DNA of 45,228 bases from an uncultured Phycisphaeraceae bacterium (GTDB taxonomy: Bacteria > Planctomycetota > Phycisphaerae > Phycisphaerales > UBA1924). The stretch's first letter is position 1, and the number at the start of each line of letters is the position of its first letter. The position numbers and the translations under genes are program-made. Shown piece by piece: positions 17,193-25,939 of this stretch. The stretch spans positions 1 to 45,228 of the forward strand of contig CAYWOF010000001.1 of the NCBI GenBank assembly GCA_964459825.1, read 5' to 3'. The notes below the pieces were generated by a model that was not told the origin of the DNA, searched no databases, and worked only from the letters and a program-made list of their open reading frames with translations.

Positions 17193-17783
17193 ATGCGGTG
17201 GCTCTGGGTTGATCGGGTGCTCGAGCTCGAGCCGGGGCGCCGGATCGTCGGCGTCAAGGTCGTCGGCTACGCCGAGGATCACCTGCACGCCCACTTCGCG
17301 GCCACGCCCCGGCGCCTGGCGCTCCCGCTCATGCCGGCGAGCCTCGTGATCGAGGGGATGGCTCAGACCGCCGGCGTGCTGGTGTGCAACGCCGAGGACT
17401 ACTCGCAGAACGTGATCCTCGCCAAGATCGCGCTGGCGGAGCTGACGCGCGACGCCATGCCCGGCGACACCCTGCGCTACACGGCCACCATGGAGCGTTT
17501 CGACCCGCAGGGGGCGTCGACGGCCGGGGTGGTGGACCTGCTCCCGCCCGTCCGGGGCAACGCGGTCCCCGGCTCGGAGGCGTGGGAGCGCATCGGCCGG
17601 GTCGACCTGATCTTCAGCCACCTGGACCGGCGCTCGGGCCTCTCCGTGAGCGAGCCGGATGCGCCGAACTACAACTTCGTCTTCGGCGAGTCGTTCCGAT
17701 CGCTGCTGCGCATCAGCGGCCTGCCCGCCCCGCCCGAGCCCGAGGCGGCGCCCGTCAGGGCCCGTGCGGGCTCGCGGGCGTGA
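17193..17783 (+). CDS. FabZ/FabA-like hotdog-fold dehydratase family protein (2)
   Basis: Track ORF of 196 aa: MRWLWVDRVLELEPGRRIVGVKVVGYAEDHLHAHFAATPRRLALPLMPASLVIEGMAQTAGVL. It keeps the HF....P.mP..L.iEgmAQ signature. Confidence 0.75.
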   Translation: MRWLWVDRVLELEPGRRIVGVKVVGYAEDHLHAHFAATPRRLALPLMPASLVIEGMAQTAGVLVCNAEDYSQNVILAKIALAELTRDAMPGDTLRYTATMERFDPQGASTAGVVDLLPPVRGNAVPGSEAWERIGRVDLIFSHLDRRSGLSVSEPDAPNYNFVFGESFRSLLRISGLPAPPEPEAAPVRARAGSRA

Positions 17784-18066
17784 ACGCGAACCAGGCCAGC
17801 TGCACGAGGCCGACGAGGATCGGGAGCGGCGCCAGCGCGAGGATCGTCCAGATCAGGCGCGCCCCGACCCGCGGGTTGACCCGGCCCGCGCCCTCGCACG
17901 CCAGGATGACGACCACCACCGTGAGGAACTTGAGCCCGATGGCGCCCCACAGGCCGTAGCGCCCGATGACCCAGTCGGCGATGGTGTTGACCTCGCGCCC
18001 GCCGAAATCGGCGAAGTGGTAGAGGATCGCGTGGGTCATGATGATGTCGAGGGCCGAGAGAAGCAC
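17755..18066 (-). CDS. Small multi-pass membrane protein (DUF5658-like pattern); start uncertain
   Basis: This is the C-terminal tail of the otherwise spurious 1328-aa track ORF 17755..21741: (V)LLSALDIIMTHAILYHFADFGGREVNTIADWVIGRYGLWGAIGLKFLTVVVVILACEGAGRVNPRVGARLIWTILALAPLPILVGLVQLAWF. In-frame GTG at 18066, ATG at 18039. Its last 29 nt overlap the convergent gene ending at 17783. Confidence 0.5.
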   Translation of the reverse strand: MLLSALDIIMTHAILYHFADFGGREVNTIADWVIGRYGLWGAIGLKFLTVVVVILACEGAGRVNPRVGARLIWTILALAPLPILVGLVQLAWFAFTPASPHGP

Positions 18067-18251
18067 GAACCAGACGTACCGGTTCGGGTAGAGAACATGG
18101 CCGCGCGTGCGTGGGTCGGGGGGGTGGTGGGGCCGTTCGGGCTTGATGGGGCGACTCCAGACGAGGAAAGGGCGTGCCCGCGGGCGCACGGGCGCCGGCG
18201 GTCGGAGTCTACCGACCCGTCGGCCGGCGCGGGCGGGCGCGCCCCTGCGCG

Positions 18252-21200
18252 TCAGTACGGGCCTTGGGCGAAGAGCGTCTGGAAGGCGATGAAGTCGTTG
18301 ATGTTGAGCTGCCCGTCGCCGTTCAGGTCCGCCAGGGGTGAGCCGAGGGCGAAGAGGGTCTGGAACTGGATGAAGTCGTTGATGGAGAGGGCGCCGTCGT
18401 TGTTGGTGTCCGCAACGGTGGTGAAGAGGATGCGCAGGCCCGTCGGCTCGTACAGGCGGACGGTCTTGCCGCGCGCCGGGAGGCCGGGGCTGGTGAAGGT
18501 CGTGAACGTGCCGGTGACGCCGGTCGACGACACGGCGTTCACGCTCGTGAAGCACGGGGGCGTGTAGCCGGCGGCAAACGTGATGTGCAACGCGCCCGCC
18601 AGCGTGGCGGAGCCGCCCGCGGCGACGTGCCCGGCCGCGCCGGCGCCGAACCGGAGCCGGAGCGTGCCGTTCGTGGCCTGCGTGTAGGCGCCGGCGACCG
18701 TGAGCGTGCGCTCCCCGAGGTTGAGCGTGCCGGAGTTGGTCACCGACGCCGCGGAGGCGTCGGCGTTCACGAGCGCGGTCGCCCCGGAGGCGATCGCGAG
18801 CGCCCCGGCGGCAAACGGCCCGTTGATGGTCGTGGTGCCGCCGTTGACCGAAACGGGGCCGGTCAGGCTGACGGGGCCGCCGAGCGTCGCGGTCCCGCCG
18901 GTGGTGAGCGCTCCAGCGCCCGTCACGCTCGCCGCGGCCTGCAGGGTCTGCGTGTTCGCCAGGCTCAGGGTCCCACCGGGCGCGATGGTGAAGGGCCCCG
19001 CGCGGGTGCCGGCACCGGTCAGGGCGAGGGTTCCCCCCTCGACCTGGACCTGGCCGGTGGTGTTGAACGGCGCCGAAACCGTCGTCGTCCCGCTGCCCGT
19101 CCTGACGAACGTGCCGGAGTTGTTGAACGCGTTCGTGCCGCTTCCGGCCGAGAGATTCGCCGCGGCCGCGGCCGTGAACATCGCGCCGGCGAGGTTGTTG
19201 AAGGTGCCGCTGGACAGGAACAGGACCCCGGAGGTCCATGTGGTTGTCCCCGCCTGATCGAGGCGGCGGGACAGGGTCCGGCCCGCGGCGCCATCCATCG
19301 TGAGGGTCGCCCCGGGGGCGACCGAGGTGATGCCCGTGCCGGACATGATGCCGGTCTGCCACTCGAGCGAGCCGGTGACGGTGATCGCGCCGCTCCCGTT
19401 CAGCGTGCCGCCGACGATCAGCATCGAGTCCACGGTTGTGGGCCCGTTGAAGGTGAGCGTCAGGGGGCTGATGTCGATGTCCAGGCCGCCGAGCGTCAGG
19501 ACCCCGCTGAAGGTGGTACTCCCGGAGAAGCCGTCGTCGAGGAACAGCGTGCCGCCCACGGTGACGGGGCCGCTGTACGTCGAGGTGCCCGCCAGGACGA
19601 CGCTCAGGTCGCCGGCGATGTCGATGGTGCCGGCGATGTTGCTCGACCCCGAGAGCGAGGCGCTCCCATCGCCGGTGATCGACCCCGAGGGGGCCAGGTC
19701 GTGCCGGCTGGAGAAGGTCATGAGGGCGCCGCCGGCGAGCACGAACGATCCGGTGTGGACCGGCGCAACCGGGAAGTCCCCTCCGATGATCATCGGCGAG
19801 CCATCCGCACGGATGGTTCCCGAGTTCACAGTCTTCGCGCTGATGACCATCTCCAGCGCGGGCGGGAGCAGATCGACCAGCCCCGCGTTGTTCAGCGTCA
19901 TGCCGGTGCCCGTGAACGCGGTCGTCGAGCCCACCCGCGCCGTGCCGACGAACTCGGGCGCCGTGCGGATCACACCGGTCGCCGCCACGTGCAGCGGCGC
20001 CCCGGCCCCGCCGTAGAGCATCTCCACCCGCCGGTCGCCGGGGCCCGTCCCGGCGAACACGATCTCGCCCGTCAGCGTGTGGCCGGAGCTGAACCCCACG
20101 GCGCTCCCATCGGCGGCCAGCGAAAGACGGGGGAAGGTGGTCGAGCCTTCGAGGCGGAGGCGCGCATCGGCCAGCCCGAGCGTCCAATCGCTGAGCACGC
20201 CCACGTTCATCAGGCGGTTGTTGCCGTTCGTGCTGATCTCCAGCGTGCGCCCGTCGGCGAACGCCAGCGTTCCGCCCGTGATGGTGCCGCCCAGCAGGAC
20301 CCACGAGCCGATCGCGGCGTTGAGCGTGAGCGTCGCGCCGGTGTTCGTGAGCGTGCCGCGCAGGTTCACCACGCCGCCGGCCCGGTTGATCGTGCCGAGC
20401 CCCGCGGTGGTGAACGTGCCGTTCAGCTCCAGCGTCGTGTTGCTCACGGCGATCGTGCCGCTGCTCGACCAACTCGCCGGCCGGAGGTCGAGCACGCCCC
20501 CGGCGCTCTCGATGGTCCCGCCGTTGGTGAGCGAGGCGCCCGTCAGGGTCAGCGTCCGTCCCGGCGTGTCGCACCGGATCAGCCCCTGGTTGATGAGGGT
20601 GTTGCCTTCCTGGTTGTAGTAGTTGCCGATGACGAGTCCGCCACCCAGGTCCGGGGTGGTGGTGATCGAACCGGTGCCGGTGATCAGCAGCGTGGCGGTG
20701 AGGGGCGTAGCCAGGACATAGCGCGACCCGCCCGCCGGTCCCTCCACGGTGATGCTCGACGTCACCGCCTGGCCCGGGCCGAGGTAGAGCGAGCTGTTCT
20801 CGCCCGACAGACGCGCCCCCTGGTAGGTGGTGCCGTTGGTCACCTCCACGTGCGCGCCGTACAGGTCCAGCAGCAGCGGCGCGTTGTACGTCACGCCGTT
20901 GAGCACGTTCGGGTTGCCCTGCCCGAGGATCAGCGACTGGCCGTCCGCGAACGCGACGGCTCCACCGTTGATGACGCCATCGTCGAAGAGCCAGGAGCCC
21001 GTTGCCGCGTTCAGCACGAGCGTGCCGCCGGCGTTGTTCAGCGTGCCCGCCAGCGTCACCGTCCCGCCGACGCGGTGGATCGTCCCGATCCCCGCGCGTG
21101 TGAACGTGCCGCCGAGCTCGAGGTCCGCGTCCGTGACGTTGATGACCCCGTTGTTGGTCCAGCCGCCCTGCAGGCGCAGCGCCGCATCGGTCGCGTCGAT

Positions 21201-22013
21201 CGTCGCCTGGTTGTTGATCGTCGCGGCCACCAGCGTCAGGTTGCTCCCCGGCTCCGCGATGATCTGGCCCTGGTTGATCAGCGTCATGCTCCCGCCCCAG
21301 TCCCCCCACAGGCCGATGAGCGAGGTGGCGCCGGAGCTGACGCGGATCGTCGCGCCCGGCGCGACGGTGAACGTGCCGTTGAAGCCCGCCATGCCGATGG
21401 GCGCGTACCAGGGGGCCTCCACGATGATGTTGGTCGTCAGCACGTAGCCGGCGCTGAACCCCACCGCGTGCCCCGCGGCCCCCGGCCCGCGCAGGCGCAG
21501 ATTCGGGAACGTCGTCGATCCCCAGATCTGCAGCCGGCCCGCCACCGAAAGATCCGTGAGCGACTTGAAGTTCAGGAGCCGGTTGTACGAGTGCGTGCCC
21601 GCCACGAACGCGCCGCCCGCAAAGTCCCACGTGCCGCCCGAGAGCGTCGCGCCGTTGAGCGTCAGCGTGCCGTTGATGTCCGCCGTGGCCCCCGCGCCCA
21701 GCGTGAGCGTCCCGCCGGTGAACGTGATCGCCTCGTCGCACACGAGGCCGGCGATCGTCGCCGTGCCGTTGAACGTGATCGCCGGGTTGGCCGGCACCGA
21801 GAGCACCGCCGTGTCGGCCGCCCCGGGGAGCACATCTCCCTGCCAGTTGACCGCCTCAAACCAGTTCGTTCCCAATCCCGTCGGGCCACCATCCCAGAAG
21901 ACCGTGGCCAGCAGGTGGCGCGGCTCAAGCGGTTCCATGACCGATCGCAGGCTCGGCCAACCGTCGGAACGCGGGTTCCTCGAGCCACTCTCAAACCCGG
22001 GCCTGTGCGCCAT
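18252..22013 (-). CDS. Giant secreted beta-helix repeat protein (autotransporter-associated beta-strand-repeat-like) with C-terminal type-I-like dockerin pair
   Basis: Track ORF of 1253 aa. The N-terminal MEPLEPRHLLATVFWDGG carries the LEPRxLL motif; the alternative start is 21938. Dozens of G/T/L/N-rich repeats of the type GGTLTLGAGATADINGTLTLNGATLSGG. C-terminus: DTNNDGALSINDFIQFQTLFALGSPLADLNGDGQLNINDFIAFQTLFAQGPY. Confidence 0.85.
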   Translation of the reverse strand: MAHRPGFESGSRNPRSDGWPSLRSVMEPLEPRHLLATVFWDGGPTGLGTNWFEAVNWQGDVLPGAADTAVLSVPANPAITFNGTATIAGLVCDEAITFTGGTLTLGAGATADINGTLTLNGATLSGGTWDFAGGAFVAGTHSYNRLLNFKSLTDLSVAGRLQIWGSTTFPNLRLRGPGAAGHAVGFSAGYVLTTNIIVEAPWYAPIGMAGFNGTFTVAPGATIRVSSGATSLIGLWGDWGGSMTLINQGQIIAEPGSNLTLVAATINNQATIDATDAALRLQGGWTNNGVINVTDADLELGGTFTRAGIGTIHRVGGTVTLAGTLNNAGGTLVLNAATGSWLFDDGVINGGAVAFADGQSLILGQGNPNVLNGVTYNAPLLLDLYGAHVEVTNGTTYQGARLSGENSSLYLGPGQAVTSSITVEGPAGGSRYVLATPLTATLLITGTGSITTTPDLGGGLVIGNYYNQEGNTLINQGLIRCDTPGRTLTLTGASLTNGGTIESAGGVLDLRPASWSSSGTIAVSNTTLELNGTFTTAGLGTINRAGGVVNLRGTLTNTGATLTLNAAIGSWVLLGGTITGGTLAFADGRTLEISTNGNNRLMNVGVLSDWTLGLADARLRLEGSTTFPRLSLAADGSAVGFSSGHTLTGEIVFAGTGPGDRRVEMLYGGAGAPLHVAATGVIRTAPEFVGTARVGSTTAFTGTGMTLNNAGLVDLLPPALEMVISAKTVNSGTIRADGSPMIIGGDFPVAPVHTGSFVLAGGALMTFSSRHDLAPSGSITGDGSASLSGSSNIAGTIDIAGDLSVVLAGTSTYSGPVTVGGTLFLDDGFSGSTTFSGVLTLGGLDIDISPLTLTFNGPTTVDSMLIVGGTLNGSGAITVTGSLEWQTGIMSGTGITSVAPGATLTMDGAAGRTLSRRLDQAGTTTWTSGVLFLSSGTFNNLAGAMFTAAAAANLSAGSGTNAFNNSGTFVRTGSGTTTVSAPFNTTGQVQVEGGTLALTGAGTRAGPFTIAPGGTLSLANTQTLQAAASVTGAGALTTGGTATLGGPVSLTGPVSVNGGTTTINGPFAAGALAIASGATALVNADASAASVTNSGTLNLGERTLTVAGAYTQATNGTLRLRFGAGAAGHVAAGGSATLAGALHITFAAGYTPPCFTSVNAVSSTGVTGTFTTFTSPGLPARGKTVRLYEPTGLRILFTTVADTNNDGALSINDFIQFQTLFALGSPLADLNGDGQLNINDFIAFQTLFAQGPY
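18255..18410 (-). other. Cys-free twin EF-hand dockerin-like module (coding segment)
   Basis: Two 12-residue Ca-loop patterns, DTNNDGALSIND and DLNGDGQLNIND, each followed by F[IQ].FQTLFA. Confidence 0.8.
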
Positions 22014-22123
22014 TCCTCGACCTCCGTCGGCGGCGAGGCATTGGCTCGCCGTTCGCGGCCCAATCTACCACTTGGGTCGTCATCCTCCAAGGGGTCGGCG
22101 TCCTCGGTTCCGGGCCGTTGGGC

Positions 22124-23947
22124 TTATTCGGACGGACGGGTCAGAGCCCCCCGGGCCGCCCGGCTCATCGTGGCGCGGGGGGCCGGCTGGCCGGTCCAGG
22201 CCTCGAACTGCCGGGCCGCCTGCTCGAGGAAGATCGCCAGCCCATCCACGACCGTGAAGCCGCCCTCCAGGGCCCAGCGGACCATCGGCGTCACGATGGG
22301 GTTGTAGACCGTGTCGACGATCACGGTCTCGCGCGGGTCGAGGGCCCGCGCCACCGGCGTCGGGATTACGGATGCATCGGGGTGGTGCCCGCCGGCCATG
22401 CCGACCGGTGTGCAGTTGACCACCGCCTCGCCGCGCCAGGCCGCGAGCTGATCCAGCCCCGCGCCTCGCACGGGAGTTCCCCCGCTTGCCTCGCGCCCGG
22501 CCAAGTCCGTGGCCAGCGCCGCGGCCCGCTCGGCGTTCCGGTTGAACACCGACACCTCAGCGCCAAGGCGGGACAGCGCGTAGGCCGCGGCCCGTCCCAC
22601 GCCCCCAGCCCCGAGGATGGCGATGCGCTTGCCCGCCAGGCCCGCCGCGCCGCCGACGACGGGGGCCACGCACGCCGCCAGCGCCGGGGCGTCGGTGCTG
22701 AGGATGCGGACGCGCTCGACACGCCCCCCTCCTCCCCGTTCGACGACCACGGTGTTGGCGGCGCCGATCCGCCCCGCCTCCTCGTCGATCGTCCACCCAC
22801 GCTCGCGCGCCAGGCGCACCAGGCCCTCCTTGTGCGGGATGGTCACGCTCAGGCCCGCCACGTCGAGCCCCGGATGCTCGATCAGTTCCAGCAGCGTCGC
22901 CTTGAGGCTCACGTACGCGTCCTCAAGGTCGGACCCGCTGTGGTCCATGCGCGGCTCGCGCTCGGCCTCCTCCGTCGCCGCCCGGGCGCCGGGAACGGGC
23001 AGGGGGATGTACACGCCATCGTGCTCGGTCGCCCCGAACGCCGCGTTGTGCACGCGCGGCGAGATCGAGTGGCCCACCGGCCAGCCCACCACGCCGTACA
23101 CCCGTGTCGCCGGACCGATGGACCGGAAGCGGTACAGCTCGAGCAGATCGCGCACCGTGGGCTGGCCCGGCGCGGTCGCGCTCTGCGGGCGCAGGCTCGC
23201 GAAGGTGAGGAACCCGCCGAACTTGGGCGCCAGCACGCGCGAGAGCAGCCCGAACTCGCCCATGGCCAGGGCGATGGTGGGGCGGTCGCGCTGCCCAAGC
23301 AGATCGAGAATCTCGAGGTTGTCGCGGATGGAGCGGGCGCGGAACGCGACCTTCAGGACCGCCGCGGCCGGCTCCCGGCGCATCGCCGCCACGCGCCGGG
23401 AGAGATCCGCCGGGCGGCCCTTGAAGTCATGGAGCGAGACGATCAGGCTGGTCTGCAGGTCGCGGATCTGCTCGGGGTGAGCCACGGCCAGGCGCACCTT
23501 CTGGCGGAGGTTGGCAGACCGTTCGAGCGCGGCCAGCTCGATGTCGATGTACCGGGGCGGGTGCTCGCCCGGCCCGAAGGCCGTGCCGAGCCGCTCGAAG
23601 AGGGCGATCCGCGCCGCCTCCGGGCCGTCGTAGGCGCCCCCCTCCGAGGTCGGGCGGCAGGTGACGATGCACGCAAGGGGGGACCGCGCCACGAGACGCA
23701 CGATCGCGTCGATCTCGCCCCGGGCCCCCGCGCCACGCTCGGAGTCGCTCGCGCCGGACTCGACCCCCGAGAAGAACTCATCGATCCGAAACTCGACCAG
23801 CTCGGCGCCGGCGGCCCTGGCCGCGTCCGCATCCGCCAGGGCGGAGGCCTCATCGTGCACCGTGATGGGGATGCAGACGAGTGTGGACACAGCCAAGCGT
23901 ACCCGACGGGCTCCGGGCTGTCGCCCGGCCGGTATGCGCCAGGCCAT
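22124..23947 (-). CDS. aroDE: Bifunctional 3-dehydroquinate dehydratase (type I) / shikimate 5-dehydrogenase
   Basis: Track ORF of 607 aa. The N-terminal half is AroD-like: LVCIPITV...AGAELVEFRID...SLIVSLHDFKGRP...VLKVAF. The C-terminal half is AroE-like: VYGVVGWPVGHSISPRVHNAAF...LSVTIPHKE...GAANTVV...KRIAILGAGGVGRAAAYAL...VNCTPVGM...VVDTVYNP..T. Confidence 0.9.
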   Translation of the reverse strand: MAWRIPAGRQPGARRVRLAVSTLVCIPITVHDEASALADADAARAAGAELVEFRIDEFFSGVESGASDSERGAGARGEIDAIVRLVARSPLACIVTCRPTSEGGAYDGPEAARIALFERLGTAFGPGEHPPRYIDIELAALERSANLRQKVRLAVAHPEQIRDLQTSLIVSLHDFKGRPADLSRRVAAMRREPAAAVLKVAFRARSIRDNLEILDLLGQRDRPTIALAMGEFGLLSRVLAPKFGGFLTFASLRPQSATAPGQPTVRDLLELYRFRSIGPATRVYGVVGWPVGHSISPRVHNAAFGATEHDGVYIPLPVPGARAATEEAEREPRMDHSGSDLEDAYVSLKATLLELIEHPGLDVAGLSVTIPHKEGLVRLARERGWTIDEEAGRIGAANTVVVERGGGGRVERVRILSTDAPALAACVAPVVGGAAGLAGKRIAILGAGGVGRAAAYALSRLGAEVSVFNRNAERAAALATDLAGREASGGTPVRGAGLDQLAAWRGEAVVNCTPVGMAGGHHPDASVIPTPVARALDPRETVIVDTVYNPIVTPMVRWALEGGFTVVDGLAIFLEQAARQFEAWTGQPAPRATMSRAARGALTRPSE

Positions 23948-24136
23948 GGGGTCGGGGCAAAGGACCCCGGAAATGCACCACGCCCGCGTGAGTGATCGGG
24001 CGGGCTGTCGCTCTCATTCCCGTTAGGGCACGCCGCCGCGGGTTGCCGGCCCATCCCTCCGGCCCGGCCCGGGGGGCGGCGGCCGCCGGCCGATCGACCG
24101 TTCCCGCAGGGGGGAAGGACAGGCGAGGGAGGAAGG

Positions 24137-24170
24137 CCCCCGTCCGGCGCGACCGGCGGGGGTTTTTCTT
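24137..24170 (+). terminator. Candidate rho-independent terminator with no annotated upstream gene on that strand
   Basis: The sequence ccccCGtccggcgcgaccggCGgggg can pair CCCCCG (24137-24142) with CGGGGG (24157-24162), plus an inner CCGG/CCGG pair. It is followed directly by TTTTTCTT (24163-24170). The minus-strand reading has no T tract. Confidence 0.45.
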
Positions 24171-24611
24171 GTGTGCGCGGGACACGGCGCGTGCCCGCGG
24201 GAGGTGCAGACCCTCTGGGGGCCGGAAACGCCGAGCCGAAGAGCCACACGCTCGGTGGCGACACGGGGAAGCTGAAGGCCCAGCCGCGCGCCATGTACAC
24301 GATGCGCAGGCCACGCGTCCGCCGGCGCGAGCCAGGACGGCGGAGGTACACAACCGGGCTGACATGAGATGCCCGGGCCACTTCCGCGGGCCCTCGCTTG
24401 GAATCCTCACCCGCGCGCCGGCCGTATCGAGTGCTGGAAGGAACCGGCCCGCCGGCGCTGCGCGCGGGAGAGCGCGCGTCCGGGCCTCGCCTCCTTCGTG
24501 CCCCCCTGGGGGCGGTGTCGTGCGGATACGGCCGCGAGATGGGTCGGTTCATGCGGCGCCTGCCCGAGGCCGGTATGTTTGTGCAAATCGCGACAAATCA
24601 AGCCAGATTCG

Positions 24612-24622
24612 TTTTTTTTTTT
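24612..24622 (+). repeat. T11 homopolymer inside an AT-rich island upstream of the HAF/PEP-CTERM gene
   Basis: Counted by hand: g + 9 t (24611-24620) + tt (24621-24622). It is flanked by CAAATCgcgaCAAATC (24584-24599) and CGACAAAGTC (24641-24650). Confidence 0.9.
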
Positions 24623-24677
24623 GGGTCGATGGCGGTTTTTCGACAAAGTCGTGATATGGTCTACGCGGAGGGCCGCC

Positions 24678-25856
24678 GTGCTTTCCCGAGCGTCGATCGC
24701 CGGTTCTCTCGCCGCCCCGCTCCTGCTCGCCGGTGTGGCCGGTGCGCAGACGCCGGGCTTCTGGCAGTTGGGCTTGCCGCCGGGCGGCACGTCGGGCGTC
24801 GCGTCCGCACTCTCGCAGGACGGGTCGATCGCGGCGGGGACCAGCGGGATCCCCGGGAGTCCGTACGGCCTGACGCCTGGTTTTACCTGGGACCGGCTGG
24901 GCGGGCGCGTGGACTTCGGCCTGGGGCCGGGAATGCCAGCGATGAGTATTCCCTACGGCATGAGCTCCAACGGCACCGTGCTCGCCGGCGAGATGCAGGC
25001 GCAGGGGGGCTCCCCGAATGAGCGGGCCTTCCGCCGCGTCGGCAACGGTCCGCTAGTGGACCTCGGCCTGCTTCCCGGTGAGCAGCGCGCCCACGCCACG
25101 GGCATCAGCGGCGATGGCGGCATCGTCGTGGGCTGGAATGAGCACACGGTGGGGTCCTACACGTTCGCCTACGGCCAGGCCTACCGGTGGACCGAGTCCG
25201 GCGGCATGCAGGGCCTGGGCTACCTGCGCCCCAACAGCAGCTTCAGCGTCGCGTACGGAATCAGCCGCGACGGCTCGACCATCGTGGGGTTCAACCAGGC
25301 CGACGGGCCCTTCAGCGACTTCGAGGCCTTCCGCTGGCGGGCCGGCGAAGGGATGGTTCAACTGCCCACACCGCCGGGCGCCCAGAATGAGGCCATCGCC
25401 TACGCGGTAAACGCCGACGGCTCCGTCGCCGTCGGCCAGGGCGATGTGGGCGTCGGTCCCAACCACGCGATTCGCTGGGTCGGAACCGTATCCCAGGATC
25501 TGGGCACGATCCCGGGCGGGTATACCAACAGCTACGCGTACGCGGTGGACGACAGCGGCTTGATCGTCGGCGGCGTGAGCACCGGCCCGGGCGGCCTGCG
25601 GGCTGCGGCCATCTGGACGCCTGCGACCCAGATGATCCGCCTCACCGACTACCTCGCCCTCCACGGCGTGGCCGTCCCAGCCGACTTCAACCCACTGTAC
25701 GTCTACGCCATCTCCGGGGATGGCCTTACTTTCGCAGGCTCGGGGCGCAACCTGAGTGCCAACGTCTTTGAAGGTTTTGTCGCCACCATTCCATCGCCCG
25801 GAACGGCGGTGGTCCTCCTGGCGCCGGCATTCAGTCGCCGACGTCGGCGCGGTTAG
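24678..25856 (+). CDS. Secreted HAF-repeat protein with PEP-CTERM-like tail
   Basis: In frame with track ORF 24369..25856. GTG 24678 lies 5 nt after GGAGGG (24666-24671); the alternative GTG is 24651. Signal peptide (M)LSRASIAGSLAAPLLLAGVAGAQT. Repeats are of the type A.GiS.DGs.vvG...g....AFRW....GM..LG. Tail: IPSPGTAVVLLAPAFSRRRRRG. Confidence 0.8.
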   Translation: MLSRASIAGSLAAPLLLAGVAGAQTPGFWQLGLPPGGTSGVASALSQDGSIAAGTSGIPGSPYGLTPGFTWDRLGGRVDFGLGPGMPAMSIPYGMSSNGTVLAGEMQAQGGSPNERAFRRVGNGPLVDLGLLPGEQRAHATGISGDGGIVVGWNEHTVGSYTFAYGQAYRWTESGGMQGLGYLRPNSSFSVAYGISRDGSTIVGFNQADGPFSDFEAFRWRAGEGMVQLPTPPGAQNEAIAYAVNADGSVAVGQGDVGVGPNHAIRWVGTVSQDLGTIPGGYTNSYAYAVDDSGLIVGGVSTGPGGLRAAAIWTPATQMIRLTDYLALHGVAVPADFNPLYVYAISGDGLTFAGSGRNLSANVFEGFVATIPSPGTAVVLLAPAFSRRRRRG

Positions 25857-25939
25857 GGTCGGCCGCGGGCAAGCTCGATTTGTACCAACGCCACGCCTCG
25901 GCGTCCCCGCGTGAGGGACGCCATGAGAAAGGAGTTCGT

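Noticed and set aside
17755-22307. 1328-aa ORF 17755..21741(-) and 1240-aa ORF 18585..22307(+)
   Set aside because: They are alternative frames of the giant beta-helix gene 18252..22013 with R/G/H/D/P-rich composition. Only the extreme C-terminal tail of the first (17755..18066) reads as a genuine membrane protein.
23443-24654. ORFs 23443..24552(-), 23850..24410(-) and 23992..24654(+) in the gap after aroDE
   Set aside because: They are Arg/Pro/Gly-rich with no RBS and no motif, and they overlap one another. The region is treated as non-coding and is flagged as a possible sRNA/regulatory region.
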